Below are positions 1-8,737 of a stretch of 64,000 bases of DNA, one piece after another. The stretch is from an uncultured Candidatus Sumerlaeota bacterium (lineage in GTDB: Bacteria; CAYMEV01), in contig CAYMEV010000014.1 in assembly GCA_964389675.1 (NCBI GenBank), positions 1 to 64,000 on the forward strand, read 5' to 3'. Position numbers and translations under genes: made by a program. How positions within the stretch are numbered: the first letter of the stretch is position 1; each line of letters begins with the position of its first letter. The notes under the pieces are model-generated. The model had not been told where the DNA came from. It was given only the letters and a program-made list of their open reading frames with translations, and searched no databases.

Positions 1-1399
1 TGCTGATGCCGGCATCAGTTACGGTATCTATTACATCGCTTATATCCTTGTATGCCTCCGGGTATTCCTCGAGTATAGTATGCCTGCCGGCTGCAATTAC
101 AAAGATGCCCTTTTTCCGAAGATCTTCCACAATATTCATCCCTTCAGCCTTTTTAATGGCCTGATGCCTTGAAAGCATTCTTCCTGCTCCGTGGCATGTG
201 CTTCCGAATGTGTTTTTCATCGCTGATTCCGTCCCAAGAAGTATGAAGCTGTATCTTCCCATATCACCCGGGATAATTACTGGCTGGCCTATGCTCCTGT
301 ATCTTTCAGGTATATTGCTGTCACCAGGCCCGAATGCTCTTGTTGCACCTTTTCTGTGGACACACAGCTCCATTTTTCTGCTATTTACAGTGTGGTTTTC
401 TATCTTGGCTATATTGTGGCATACATCATATATGAGTTTCATATCAGCACCGCAGTTTTTGCCAAATATATCAGAAAATGATTGTCTCACCCAGTGAGAC
501 ATTATCTGCCGGTTTACATAGGCAAAATTTGCTGATAGCGCCATAAGAGACAGATATTCTCTGCCTTCAGGTGAATTTACTGGGGTACAGCTTAATTGCC
601 TGTCAGGTATTTTTATTTTGTATTTATTGGTAGCTTTGATCATTTTATTCAGTGAATCTGTGCAGACCTGATGCCCAAGCCCCCTTGATCCTGAATGTAT
701 GGAAACTGTAACCTGCCCTTCTGTTTCTATGCCAAGGAGCTTCGCTGAACCTGGGTCATAAATCTTATCCACATAGCCTATTTCTATGAAATGATTGCCT
801 GATCCCAGTGTACCGAGCTGGACAATTCCCCTTTCAATTGCTCTTGATGAAGGCATTATATCCATAAGGGGCTTTATATTGCCATTATCTTCTGTGCATT
901 GTATATCATTTTCATTGGCAAATCCATTGTCAAGTGCCCATTTAGAGCCGTTAGTGAGGATCTTTCTGAATTCTTTCTGTGAAACCTTCAGGTCCTGCCT
1001 GCGTGAACCTACACCGCAGGGTATATTGGCAAATACATGCTTTGTTATCTCTTCCAGCCTGTCCCTGATATCATCAGCGTGAAGAGGGGACACAAGGACC
1101 CTGACCCCGCAGTTTATGTCATAGCCAACACCGCCCGGGGATATTATTCCTTCATCTGTTGAAAAGGCTGCAACTCCTCCTATGGGAAAGCCATAACCCT
1201 GATGTATGTCAGGCATGGCAAGGGCATTGCCTGTAATGCCTGGAAGGCATGCAACATTTCTTATCTGGGAAAGGGAGCTGTCTTTCTGTATCTGTTTCTC
1301 AAGCTTTCTGTTCACATAGACTATGCAGTTTGTGTTCATGTCCCCGGATCTTGGGATCTCTATCCTGCAGTCATTTATCCTATTATAATCAACATCCAT
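1..1399 (-). CDS. rtcB: RNA-splicing/repair ligase RtcB (3' end runs off the window)
   Basis: Not in the ORF track. Manual minus-strand translation from ATG 1399 (after GGAAGGA) gives MDVDYNRIND...AMPDIHQGYGFPIGGV...GYDINCGVR...LGSGNHFIE...HSGSRGLGH...CHNIAK...HRKGATRA...STCHGAGR, the RtcB metal-binding and guanylylation motifs. Confidence 0.95.
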   Translation of the reverse strand, partial: MDVDYNRINDCRIEIPRSGDMNTNCIVYVNRKLEKQIQKDSSLSQIRNVACLPGITGNALAMPDIHQGYGFPIGGVAAFSTDEGIISPGGVGYDINCGVRVLVSPLHADDIRDRLEEITKHVFANIPCGVGSRRQDLKVSQKEFRKILTNGSKWALDNGFANENDIQCTEDNGNIKPLMDIMPSSRAIERGIVQLGTLGSGNHFIEIGYVDKIYDPGSAKLLGIETEGQVTVSIHSGSRGLGHQVCTDSLNKMIKATNKYKIKIPDRQLSCTPVNSPEGREYLSLMALSANFAYVNRQIMSHWVRQSFSDIFGKNCGADMKLIYDVCHNIAKIENHTVNSRKMELCVHRKGATRAFGPGDSNIPERYRSIGQPVIIPGDMGRYSFILLGTESAMKNTFGSTCHGAGRMLSRHQAIKKAEGMNIVEDLRKKGIFVIAAGRHTILEEYPEAYKDISDVIDTVTDAGIS

Positions 1400-1426
1400 A
1401 TTTCCTTCCCTAAAAAAGCTTTAATC

Positions 1427-1466
1427 TTGCATAAAATAGTCTAATCCAATATATTGGCATTGTAAA
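1427..1466. promoter_or_regulatory. Overlapping divergent sigma70-type promoters with a central palindrome
   Basis: + strand TTGCAT(1427-32)-N17-TATATT(1450-55). - strand TTTACA(1466-61)-N17-TAGACT(1443-38). Perfect palindrome CCAATATATTGG at 1446-1457. Confidence 0.55.
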
Positions 1467-1482
1467 ACAAAATTGATAAAAT

Positions 1483-2790
1483 ATGAAAATACTTCTGATC
1501 TCTCCATATATAAGCGATTTTTACTCTTCACCAAGAAGAATGAGCTATCTTGGCCTGATCTCGCTTAAGGATGTATTTGAGGCCTCTCATGAAGTAAAGA
1601 TCCTTGATCTCTACAGCCCGAAGGGGAAAATGAGGCCGCTTCCCGATGAACTCTCATATTTGAAGCCCTATCTGGAAAACAGCCCGGGGCCTTCTTCCTT
1701 TTTTTCCACATATAAGACATTCAGTAGGAGTAAAAAGCTTTTAACAGACTGCCTTAATGAATTCAAGCCGGATATTGCAGGTATTTCAGCATTCAGTGTC
1801 TGTTATTACAGGGATATTGCCGAGATAGCAGATTCTATCAAGGCTTATAACAGTAGAATGCCTGTAGTTGTCGGAGGGACGGGTGCTACAGCATTCCCCG
1901 GGGCTTTCTCCAGAATCCCTTCCATTGACCTGGTAATAAAGGGGAATGATGCAGAAAGCATACTGAAAATAATGGAAAATATCCATTCGCATACGGATAT
2001 AAAGGTCATTGATGCAGGCTTCTCAAAAAAATGGGATGCGGTGAGTAATCATGGTTATTCCCGATACCCCTTAAGCTTTGTCATGACAAGGGGATGTCCG
2101 AACAGATGCAGTTTCTGTTCTGTCTATGATGTATCGGGTAAAAAATTTATAAAGTCGGATATCGGCAAATTTGAAAGCATATTAAGAAAGATCGGGCAGG
2201 AAAGGATATGGATAAATTTTGAAGATGACAATATTTCATGCGACAGGGACTATTTCGATGCTCTTATTGCCATTATTATAAAAGAAAGGGAAAGAAAGGA
2301 CATATCCCTTACTTTCATGAACGGGATTGATTATTCGACACTGGATGAAAAAAGCATTTTGAGCTTGAAAAAAGCGGGGATAAGGTATCTGAACCTGACA
2401 CTTGCTTCAGTCAGCAGTGTTTCTAAAACCAGGCTTAACAGATTCCAGGATAAAGAGCAGTATGAAAAGATTATGGCGTTTGCAAAAGGGCATTGTATTG
2501 ATGTCATTACATACTTTATCTGCGGTATTCCCGGAAATGACCCTTCAACTGATTTTGAAACACTTGAATACCTTAAAAGGGGAGAGTCACTTATTGGCAT
2601 TTCACCCTTTTATCCGGTCTCTGAAAACAGGATACCTGAAGGGTTTGAGAATATGGACCCTGTGCTTTTCAGGGGGAGTGCAATGATCCCCTATAATAAA
2701 GGATTGACTACCCAAGAGCTTGTCGAATTATTTAAGGCTGTGCGCATTATTAACAATAAGCGTATTAAGTGGGATTCAAAAGCTCTATAA
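1483..2790 (+). CDS. Cobalamin (B12)-binding radical SAM protein
   Basis: N-terminal B12-binding-like domain (KILLISP...PDIAGIS...VVVGGTGAT), CxxxCxxC motif TRGCPNRCSFC, FEDDN motif. Confidence 0.88.
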   Translation: MKILLISPYISDFYSSPRRMSYLGLISLKDVFEASHEVKILDLYSPKGKMRPLPDELSYLKPYLENSPGPSSFFSTYKTFSRSKKLLTDCLNEFKPDIAGISAFSVCYYRDIAEIADSIKAYNSRMPVVVGGTGATAFPGAFSRIPSIDLVIKGNDAESILKIMENIHSHTDIKVIDAGFSKKWDAVSNHGYSRYPLSFVMTRGCPNRCSFCSVYDVSGKKFIKSDIGKFESILRKIGQERIWINFEDDNISCDRDYFDALIAIIIKERERKDISLTFMNGIDYSTLDEKSILSLKKAGIRYLNLTLASVSSVSKTRLNRFQDKEQYEKIMAFAKGHCIDVITYFICGIPGNDPSTDFETLEYLKRGESLIGISPFYPVSENRIPEGFENMDPVLFRGSAMIPYNKGLTTQELVELFKAVRIINNKRIKWDSKAL

Positions 2791-2866
2791 TTCAAAAACA
2801 CTTGATTTATAAAGCAGGTATTTTAATATTAGTCTATTAATCCATTATAATAACAGGAGTTTTGGC

Positions 2867-4495
2867 ATGAAGTATTCTTTAGCTTTATTTTTAATGCTTT
2901 TCCTTGTTTTTATCATTACCTTACCGGAAAGCTCAGCCTGCACATCGATACTTGTAAGCAAGGGCGCTTCAAAGAGCAATGTCCCGCTGATAAGCTATTC
3001 ATGTGACGGAGAGTTCCATCCCCATCTCAGTATTATTCCCGCCGCTGAGCACCAGCCCGGTGATATGTATGAGGTAAGGGGATGGGGAGGGCCGAAGGGA
3101 AGTATTCCTGAGGTGGCACATACATATAGGGTTGTCCATCTTATGAATGAGCATCAGCTGGCCATGGGTGAGACCACTTTCGGCGGAAGGGAAGAGCTTA
3201 TCAATCCTGACGGGATGTTTGATTATTATCCCCTGATGATAATAACCCTGCAGCGCGCAAAAGATGCAAGGGAGGCAATCAGGGTAATGACAGGGCTCGT
3301 TGAAAAGTACGGCTACTGCGGGGAGGGAGAGTCAATATCAATTGCTGATACTGAAGAAGCATGGCTGTTTGAGATATCAGGCACAGGCCCGGGAGGAAAC
3401 GGGGCAGTCTGGGTGGCTATGAAGGTCCCTGACGGGAAGATAAGCGCTACAGCCAATATGTCCCGAATTCACGGATTTCCTCTTGATGATCCCGAAAACT
3501 GCATTTACAGCAGTAATGTCATAAGCTTTGCTATACAAAAGGGTTATTATGACCCTGAAAGCGGGGGTGATTTCAGTTTCAGCAGGGCATCTAATCCTCA
3601 AACGGAAGAACAGATAAGGTTTTCTGATCGCAGGATATGGAGCATATACAGCAGGCTTGCCCCTTCAATGGGATTTTCCCCTGAATACAGCAACGGCCTT
3701 GACGAAGGGAGTCCATACCCTCTGTTTGTCACCCCTGATGAGAGGGTCGGCGTGCGTGATGTAATTGCAATGCACAGATGTCATTATGAGGGCACGGAAT
3801 ACGATATGACGAAGGTTTTAGTATCAGGGCCTTTCGGATCGCCTGACCGTATCCGGCCCTTGAAATGGGAGTATGAAGGCAGGAAATATGCCTGGGAACG
3901 GCCTATTGCCACCCAGCAGGCTGCATTCGTATATGTTTCTGAAGCAAGGCCCCATCTCCCCGTTGAGCTGGGAGGCATTGTATGGTATGGCATCGATAAT
4001 CCATATACAAATTTTTTCATCCCTATATATACAGGGATCAAAGAACTGCCGCCATCCTATACAAGGGGCAGCCTGAAAAGCTACAGCCAGGACTCGGCAT
4101 GGTGGGTTGTCAATTTTGTGGCCAACTATGCAAATCTGCGCTATTCAGATATGATCAGGGAAATAACTGCTTTGCAGAAGGAAATGGAGGATATGGCTTT
4201 TGGTATACAGGAAGTAATTGAAAAAGCAGCAATGGAGCTGTATAAGAATAACAGCCCCGAATTTGCAGCTGAATTTTTGACAAGGTACTGCATTGACAGC
4301 GCAGAGATGAAGGTGGAAAGGTGGCGCCAGCTGGGCAACCGGCTTATAACAAAATATAATGACGGCTATATACAGAATGGGAGCGGAAGGCCTGAAGAGT
4401 CAGGATACCCGGAAGATATGCTCAAGGAAACAATCGAAAAGGAAGGCAGCAGAAGGATCCTAAGTGCAGAAAAGGAAATTGACAGGGAGCTTTAG
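2867..4495 (+). CDS. Secreted peptidase C69 (dipeptidase/secernin-like Ntn hydrolase)
   Basis: Signal peptide ending in SSA, then CTSILVSKGAS (N-terminal Cys nucleophile), NEHQLAMGETTFGGR, WERPIA. SD AGGAG upstream. Confidence 0.88.
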   Translation: MKYSLALFLMLFLVFIITLPESSACTSILVSKGASKSNVPLISYSCDGEFHPHLSIIPAAEHQPGDMYEVRGWGGPKGSIPEVAHTYRVVHLMNEHQLAMGETTFGGREELINPDGMFDYYPLMIITLQRAKDAREAIRVMTGLVEKYGYCGEGESISIADTEEAWLFEISGTGPGGNGAVWVAMKVPDGKISATANMSRIHGFPLDDPENCIYSSNVISFAIQKGYYDPESGGDFSFSRASNPQTEEQIRFSDRRIWSIYSRLAPSMGFSPEYSNGLDEGSPYPLFVTPDERVGVRDVIAMHRCHYEGTEYDMTKVLVSGPFGSPDRIRPLKWEYEGRKYAWERPIATQQAAFVYVSEARPHLPVELGGIVWYGIDNPYTNFFIPIYTGIKELPPSYTRGSLKSYSQDSAWWVVNFVANYANLRYSDMIREITALQKEMEDMAFGIQEVIEKAAMELYKNNSPEFAAEFLTRYCIDSAEMKVERWRQLGNRLITKYNDGYIQNGSGRPEESGYPEDMLKETIEKEGSRRILSAEKEIDREL

Positions 4496-4543
4496 GGTTT
4501 TTTGTTTTGATCGAATATTATATCGTATTTTATATTCTTTGCT

Positions 4544-4572
4544 TTGACATATTGCCATATAGATAATATTAT
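4544..4572 (+). promoter_or_regulatory. Sigma70-type promoter of the ATPase gene
   Basis: TTGACA(4544-49)-N17-TATTAT(4567-72), about 30 nt upstream of ATG 4605. Confidence 0.6.
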
Positions 4573-4604
4573 TGATTTAAATACCAGGGGAAAGGGGAGA
4601 AAAG

Positions 4605-6992
4605 ATGGAAAATTATATCTCAATGTATGAAAAATTAGGCCTTTTTTACTTAGGGAAGATAGTGGATCAGAAGACATCTGAAATCACGGAAAACCTGTTT
4701 CTGTACAAGTCAAAAGACCTTACCACACATGCGGCGATCATAGGAATGACCGGAAGCGGCAAGACAGGGCTCGGTATCTCTATTATCGAGGAAGCTGCAA
4801 TTGATAAGATCCCTTCAATTATAATTGACCCCAAGGGTGATATGGGTAATCTGCTTTTAGCATTCCCTGAACTGAAACCGGAGGATTTTGCCGGCTGGAT
4901 CGATCCCTCTGAAGCATCCAACAAGGGTGTTGATACGGCTGTCTATGCAAGGCAGACTGCAGAAAACTGGGAAAAAGGCATCAGAAGCTTTTATCAGGAT
5001 AAGGACAGGATAAGCCTTTACAGGGACAGCGTGGACCTGTCCATCTATACCCCGGGCAGTTCAGCCGGAATGCCATTGTCTGTATTAAGCAGTTTTGATG
5101 TCCCTTCGCCTGAAATAATGAATGATCCGGATACCTTTTCCTCAATTATCAATTCCACAGCGATGGGCATCCTGTCCCTGGTCGGCATAAAGGCTGATGC
5201 ACTGACAAGCAGGGAATATATTCTGCTTGCTGCAATATTCTCCTATTGCTGGAAGAAAGGCAGAGATCTGTCGCTGGAAGAACTTATAGGCTATATTACA
5301 CATCCTCCTTTTGAAAAGATAGGCGTTTTAAGCGTAAATCAGTTTTATCCCCAGAACGAGAGGTTTGAACTTGCTGTCCTTCTGAACAATATTCTTTCAA
5401 GCCCAGGATTTTCAATGTGGCTTGAGGGTGAGAGGCTGGATATCAACAACCTCCTTTATACAAAGGATGGGAAACCAAGGGTTACAATCCTTTCCATTGC
5501 GCATCTGGACAATACACAGAGAATGTTCTTTGTCACGCTGTTTCTAAATAAATTTATAAGCTGGATGCGACAACAGAAAGGTACGCCGTCATTAAGAAGC
5601 CTTCTTTATATGGATGAGATATTCGGTTTTTTTCCTGCAACATCCAGCCCCCCATCAAAGAAACCTATGCTTCTTCTGCTGAAGCAGGCCAGGGCTTACG
5701 GAATAGGTATTGTCCTGTCAACTCAAAATCCGATTGACCTTGATTATAAGGGCCTGTCCAATATTGGAAGCTGGTTTTTGGGAAGGCTTCAGACACGACA
5801 GGACAGAGACCGTGTCATTAACGGCCTGATCAAAAGCAGTGAAGATGCCATGGATAAGGGAGAAATCGAATCCCTGCTCGCAAATATGGGCAAGAGGCAT
5901 TTCCTGCTGAAGAGCGCTCATCTTGACTCTCTCCAGCTTCTGCATACAAGGTGGGTCTTATCATATCTAAGGGGCCCGCTTACAAGTACAGAGATAAAAA
6001 AATTGATGGAAGACAGGAAGAAAGACAGCCCTTCCCGGATAAAGGACGATAATGCCCTGACCAAGCCTGATGGGAAAACACCGGGCACCACTGATATCAT
6101 ACCTCTGATCTCCGATAAAATAAAACAGTATTTCCTGAACAATCCTCCATTCAGTGAAAACAGCATTTATGAGCCGGGCATTATAATTCAGGGGGAGGTC
6201 AGGTTTTACAATCAGAGCAGGAATATAGACCAGAAAGAGTCAGTTTCCCTTAAGCTTCCCATAAACAGGGACACCACTGATATAGTATTTGAAGATGCTT
6301 TACTCAATACTGACGATTTTGACCTTTATGACACTAAACCGTTTGCCGGTGCAAAATTTGCATTATTGCCTTCAATTATAGAAAAAATGGACAGCATGAA
6401 TACGGTTGAAAAGCAGTTTGCTGATTTTCTGTATGATACTCGAAGAATAGAGCTCTACAGCTGCAGAGATCTTAAGCTTATTTCCCGCCCCGGTGAAAAG
6501 CTTTCAGATTTCAAAACAGTTATGATGGATTCAATAAGGGAGAAAAAAGACAGTGCAATTGAAAAGCTTGCTGAGAAGTTTGAAAAGAAGGAAAAAAGAT
6601 TAGAGGATAAGTATTCAAAGCTTCTTGAAAAACTTGAAAAAGAAGAGGCTGATGTCAAAGCATCAAAAACTCAGAGCCTTCTGTCCTTTGGATCCAGCAT
6701 TCTCGGTGCATTGCTCGGCAGAACCAAAGTAGGGACATTGAGCTCCGGAGTGACCGGCCTGAATAAAGCCAGCAGGGTTTTAAGGCAGAAAAAGGATGTT
6801 GACCTGGTCAAAAAGAGGATAGAGGAATGCCAGGAGGATATTCAGAGGCTTGAAGAGGAGCTCAAGGAGAAAATAGAGGAGATCTCAGAACAATACGATA
6901 TTGACAGGTATGAAATTGAAACTGTCAGCATAAAACCGAGAAAAACAGATATTTTTGGAATTAGCGCCCAGCTTCTATGGGAATCCAGATAA
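4605..6992 (+). CDS. HerA/FtsK-superfamily P-loop ATPase (DUF87/DUF853-like) with C-terminal coiled coil
   Basis: Walker A GMTGSGKT, IIDPKGD, Walker B LLYMDE, LKQARAYGIGIVLSTQNP. Long E/K-rich heptad region at the C-terminus. Confidence 0.8.
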   Translation: MENYISMYEKLGLFYLGKIVDQKTSEITENLFLYKSKDLTTHAAIIGMTGSGKTGLGISIIEEAAIDKIPSIIIDPKGDMGNLLLAFPELKPEDFAGWIDPSEASNKGVDTAVYARQTAENWEKGIRSFYQDKDRISLYRDSVDLSIYTPGSSAGMPLSVLSSFDVPSPEIMNDPDTFSSIINSTAMGILSLVGIKADALTSREYILLAAIFSYCWKKGRDLSLEELIGYITHPPFEKIGVLSVNQFYPQNERFELAVLLNNILSSPGFSMWLEGERLDINNLLYTKDGKPRVTILSIAHLDNTQRMFFVTLFLNKFISWMRQQKGTPSLRSLLYMDEIFGFFPATSSPPSKKPMLLLLKQARAYGIGIVLSTQNPIDLDYKGLSNIGSWFLGRLQTRQDRDRVINGLIKSSEDAMDKGEIESLLANMGKRHFLLKSAHLDSLQLLHTRWVLSYLRGPLTSTEIKKLMEDRKKDSPSRIKDDNALTKPDGKTPGTTDIIPLISDKIKQYFLNNPPFSENSIYEPGIIIQGEVRFYNQSRNIDQKESVSLKLPINRDTTDIVFEDALLNTDDFDLYDTKPFAGAKFALLPSIIEKMDSMNTVEKQFADFLYDTRRIELYSCRDLKLISRPGEKLSDFKTVMMDSIREKKDSAIEKLAEKFEKKEKRLEDKYSKLLEKLEKEEADVKASKTQSLLSFGSSILGALLGRTKVGTLSSGVTGLNKASRVLRQKKDVDLVKKRIEECQEDIQRLEEELKEKIEEISEQYDIDRYEIETVSIKPRKTDIFGISAQLLWESR

Positions 6993-7016
6993 TAAGGATA
7001 TTACAGTTTTCTCTGT

Positions 7017-8657
7017 TTATTCCGGGTAGTAGTGAATAATTACCCTGGGTATTATTTTCCCCTTTTCAGAAATAGTGCTGGTTTCTTCTTTTCCGATGGA
7101 AACCGGAATGCATGCCAGCTGATATTTCATGGCCGGCCAGTGGAAGACCTCTATTTTTATATTATAATCCCCGTTTTCCACTCTTTCCCCCTTTGAATCC
7201 GTAAGATCCCAGCTGTATATATGATGCCCTATATCAATGCTTGCAGATGTCATGGCATCAGCATCTGCAAATTTTGATGATTCAGCCCACTGGGAGAGGG
7301 TGACCTGCTTATCTTTCACAAATCCTGCAAAACCTGAGACATAAATGGTTTTTATGAATTTCCCGTCATTGTCTTCTATCCAGACTGCAGTCTGAGGCTC
7401 AAGTTCATCCCTGAAACCGAGGATAAAATCTATTGTAAGGACAGGCTTCGCGGCGTTTTTATGGTCAAAATGGCTCACAGCAGGCCTCATGGAGTCATAT
7501 ACCAGTTCTGTGGCATGGGATTCAGGATAATCCTTCACAACTTTATTCCAGCATGACACTGCCTTTTTTCTGTATGCATAGCCGATCCAGTACAGGGCTT
7601 CAGCCTTCAGATCTTCAGATGCATCACTTTCAGCGATCAGGTTCAGGTCTTTGATCCCCTGATCAAGTTTTCCGACAAAAAAGGGCATATTGACACCTAT
7701 TATGCCTCTTTGAAGCCTCATTTCCATATTATCGGGATCAAGCCTGACAATGGCATCGAATATGCTGGCAACCTCAAAACCGAGAGCTGCACGGTAGTTT
7801 GTGTCATCATATATCCGGTCGTCATAAGCGCTTGATAAATTATCCAGTGTGGAGGCTAAAAGCAGATATGCCTCGAGATTGTCAGGGTCATTTTCTATTA
7901 TCTTTCTTAAAAGCCCCGCAGCCTTTTCATAGTCGCCTGAATCAAACAGGGCCTCTGCGTCTTTGATCGGCTCAGGATTCAATGGCTGCTCACCTTCTTG
8001 AGCTTTGTCCCCTTCTTCATTATTTTCCTGAGGAGTTTCTGATTTATCCATGGTTTCTTTTAATTGTGCTTCAATCTCATGGATTTTCTTCTCTGCCTCC
8101 TGGCCTGTTTTATCCTCCAGCCCCATGGAATGGACCTTTTTCCATGTTTCAAGGGCTTTTTCGAGCTGGCCGTCGCTCTCATATCCAGCAGCAAGGAACC
8201 TGTAGCTTGTTATCAGTGTTTCTATTGGAAAATCCTCCCTGTTTTCCAGGTAGATAGCCTCTATCTTAATTAAATCATTTAAGGCACCTTTTAGTCTGCC
8301 CAGGAACCTCGGGACGTTTATCCCCATTATGCCCCTGTAAAGAAGTGCATTTGCATTCTTTGGGTCAAGTTCCAGCGCTTTGTCAAGCAGGTTGAAAGAT
8401 TCTGTTGTATATGAGAAAGCTTCCATCATATCATCCGTGCCTCCTGCCATTTGACCTGTATACAAGCCCCATGCGGCATATATGTCAGAGTTGTCAGGGT
8501 ATTCTGCTGCAGCCTTCTTAAGTGTATCTACAGCTTTGCTTAGATCTCCTGATCCGGCGGCATCATTTGCATTACTGATATATTCGTCTGCAGTCATGCA
8601 AAACAGGAGTGAAACAAAAATTAAAACGGATAAAGGCAGCAATATCAATCTTTTCAT
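7017..8657 (-). CDS. Exported TPR protein with C-terminal DUF2271-like domain
   Basis: Start re-called to ATG 8657 (GGAGG SD 8 nt upstream, MKRLILLPLSVLIFVSLLFC signal). TPR-like helices (ALELDPKN, IIENDPDN). C-terminal PQTAVWIEDNDGKFIKTIYV...DAMTSAS...WDLTDSKGERVENGDY. Confidence 0.72.
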   Translation of the reverse strand: MKRLILLPLSVLIFVSLLFCMTADEYISNANDAAGSGDLSKAVDTLKKAAAEYPDNSDIYAAWGLYTGQMAGGTDDMMEAFSYTTESFNLLDKALELDPKNANALLYRGIMGINVPRFLGRLKGALNDLIKIEAIYLENREDFPIETLITSYRFLAAGYESDGQLEKALETWKKVHSMGLEDKTGQEAEKKIHEIEAQLKETMDKSETPQENNEEGDKAQEGEQPLNPEPIKDAEALFDSGDYEKAAGLLRKIIENDPDNLEAYLLLASTLDNLSSAYDDRIYDDTNYRAALGFEVASIFDAIVRLDPDNMEMRLQRGIIGVNMPFFVGKLDQGIKDLNLIAESDASEDLKAEALYWIGYAYRKKAVSCWNKVVKDYPESHATELVYDSMRPAVSHFDHKNAAKPVLTIDFILGFRDELEPQTAVWIEDNDGKFIKTIYVSGFAGFVKDKQVTLSQWAESSKFADADAMTSASIDIGHHIYSWDLTDSKGERVENGDYNIKIEVFHWPAMKYQLACIPVSIGKEETSTISEKGKIIPRVIIHYYPE

Positions 8658-8737
8658 TTTATATGCCTCCATTATGGTAATATTATTAAAATTTTAACTA
8701 TGAGTGATCTTAAAAGCAATATATATTGTATTTCTTT

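Noticed and set aside
198..1444. Three + strand ORFs (198-497, 795-1082, 1202-1444)
   Set aside because: Antisense shadows of rtcB, which occupies the minus strand with full motif support.
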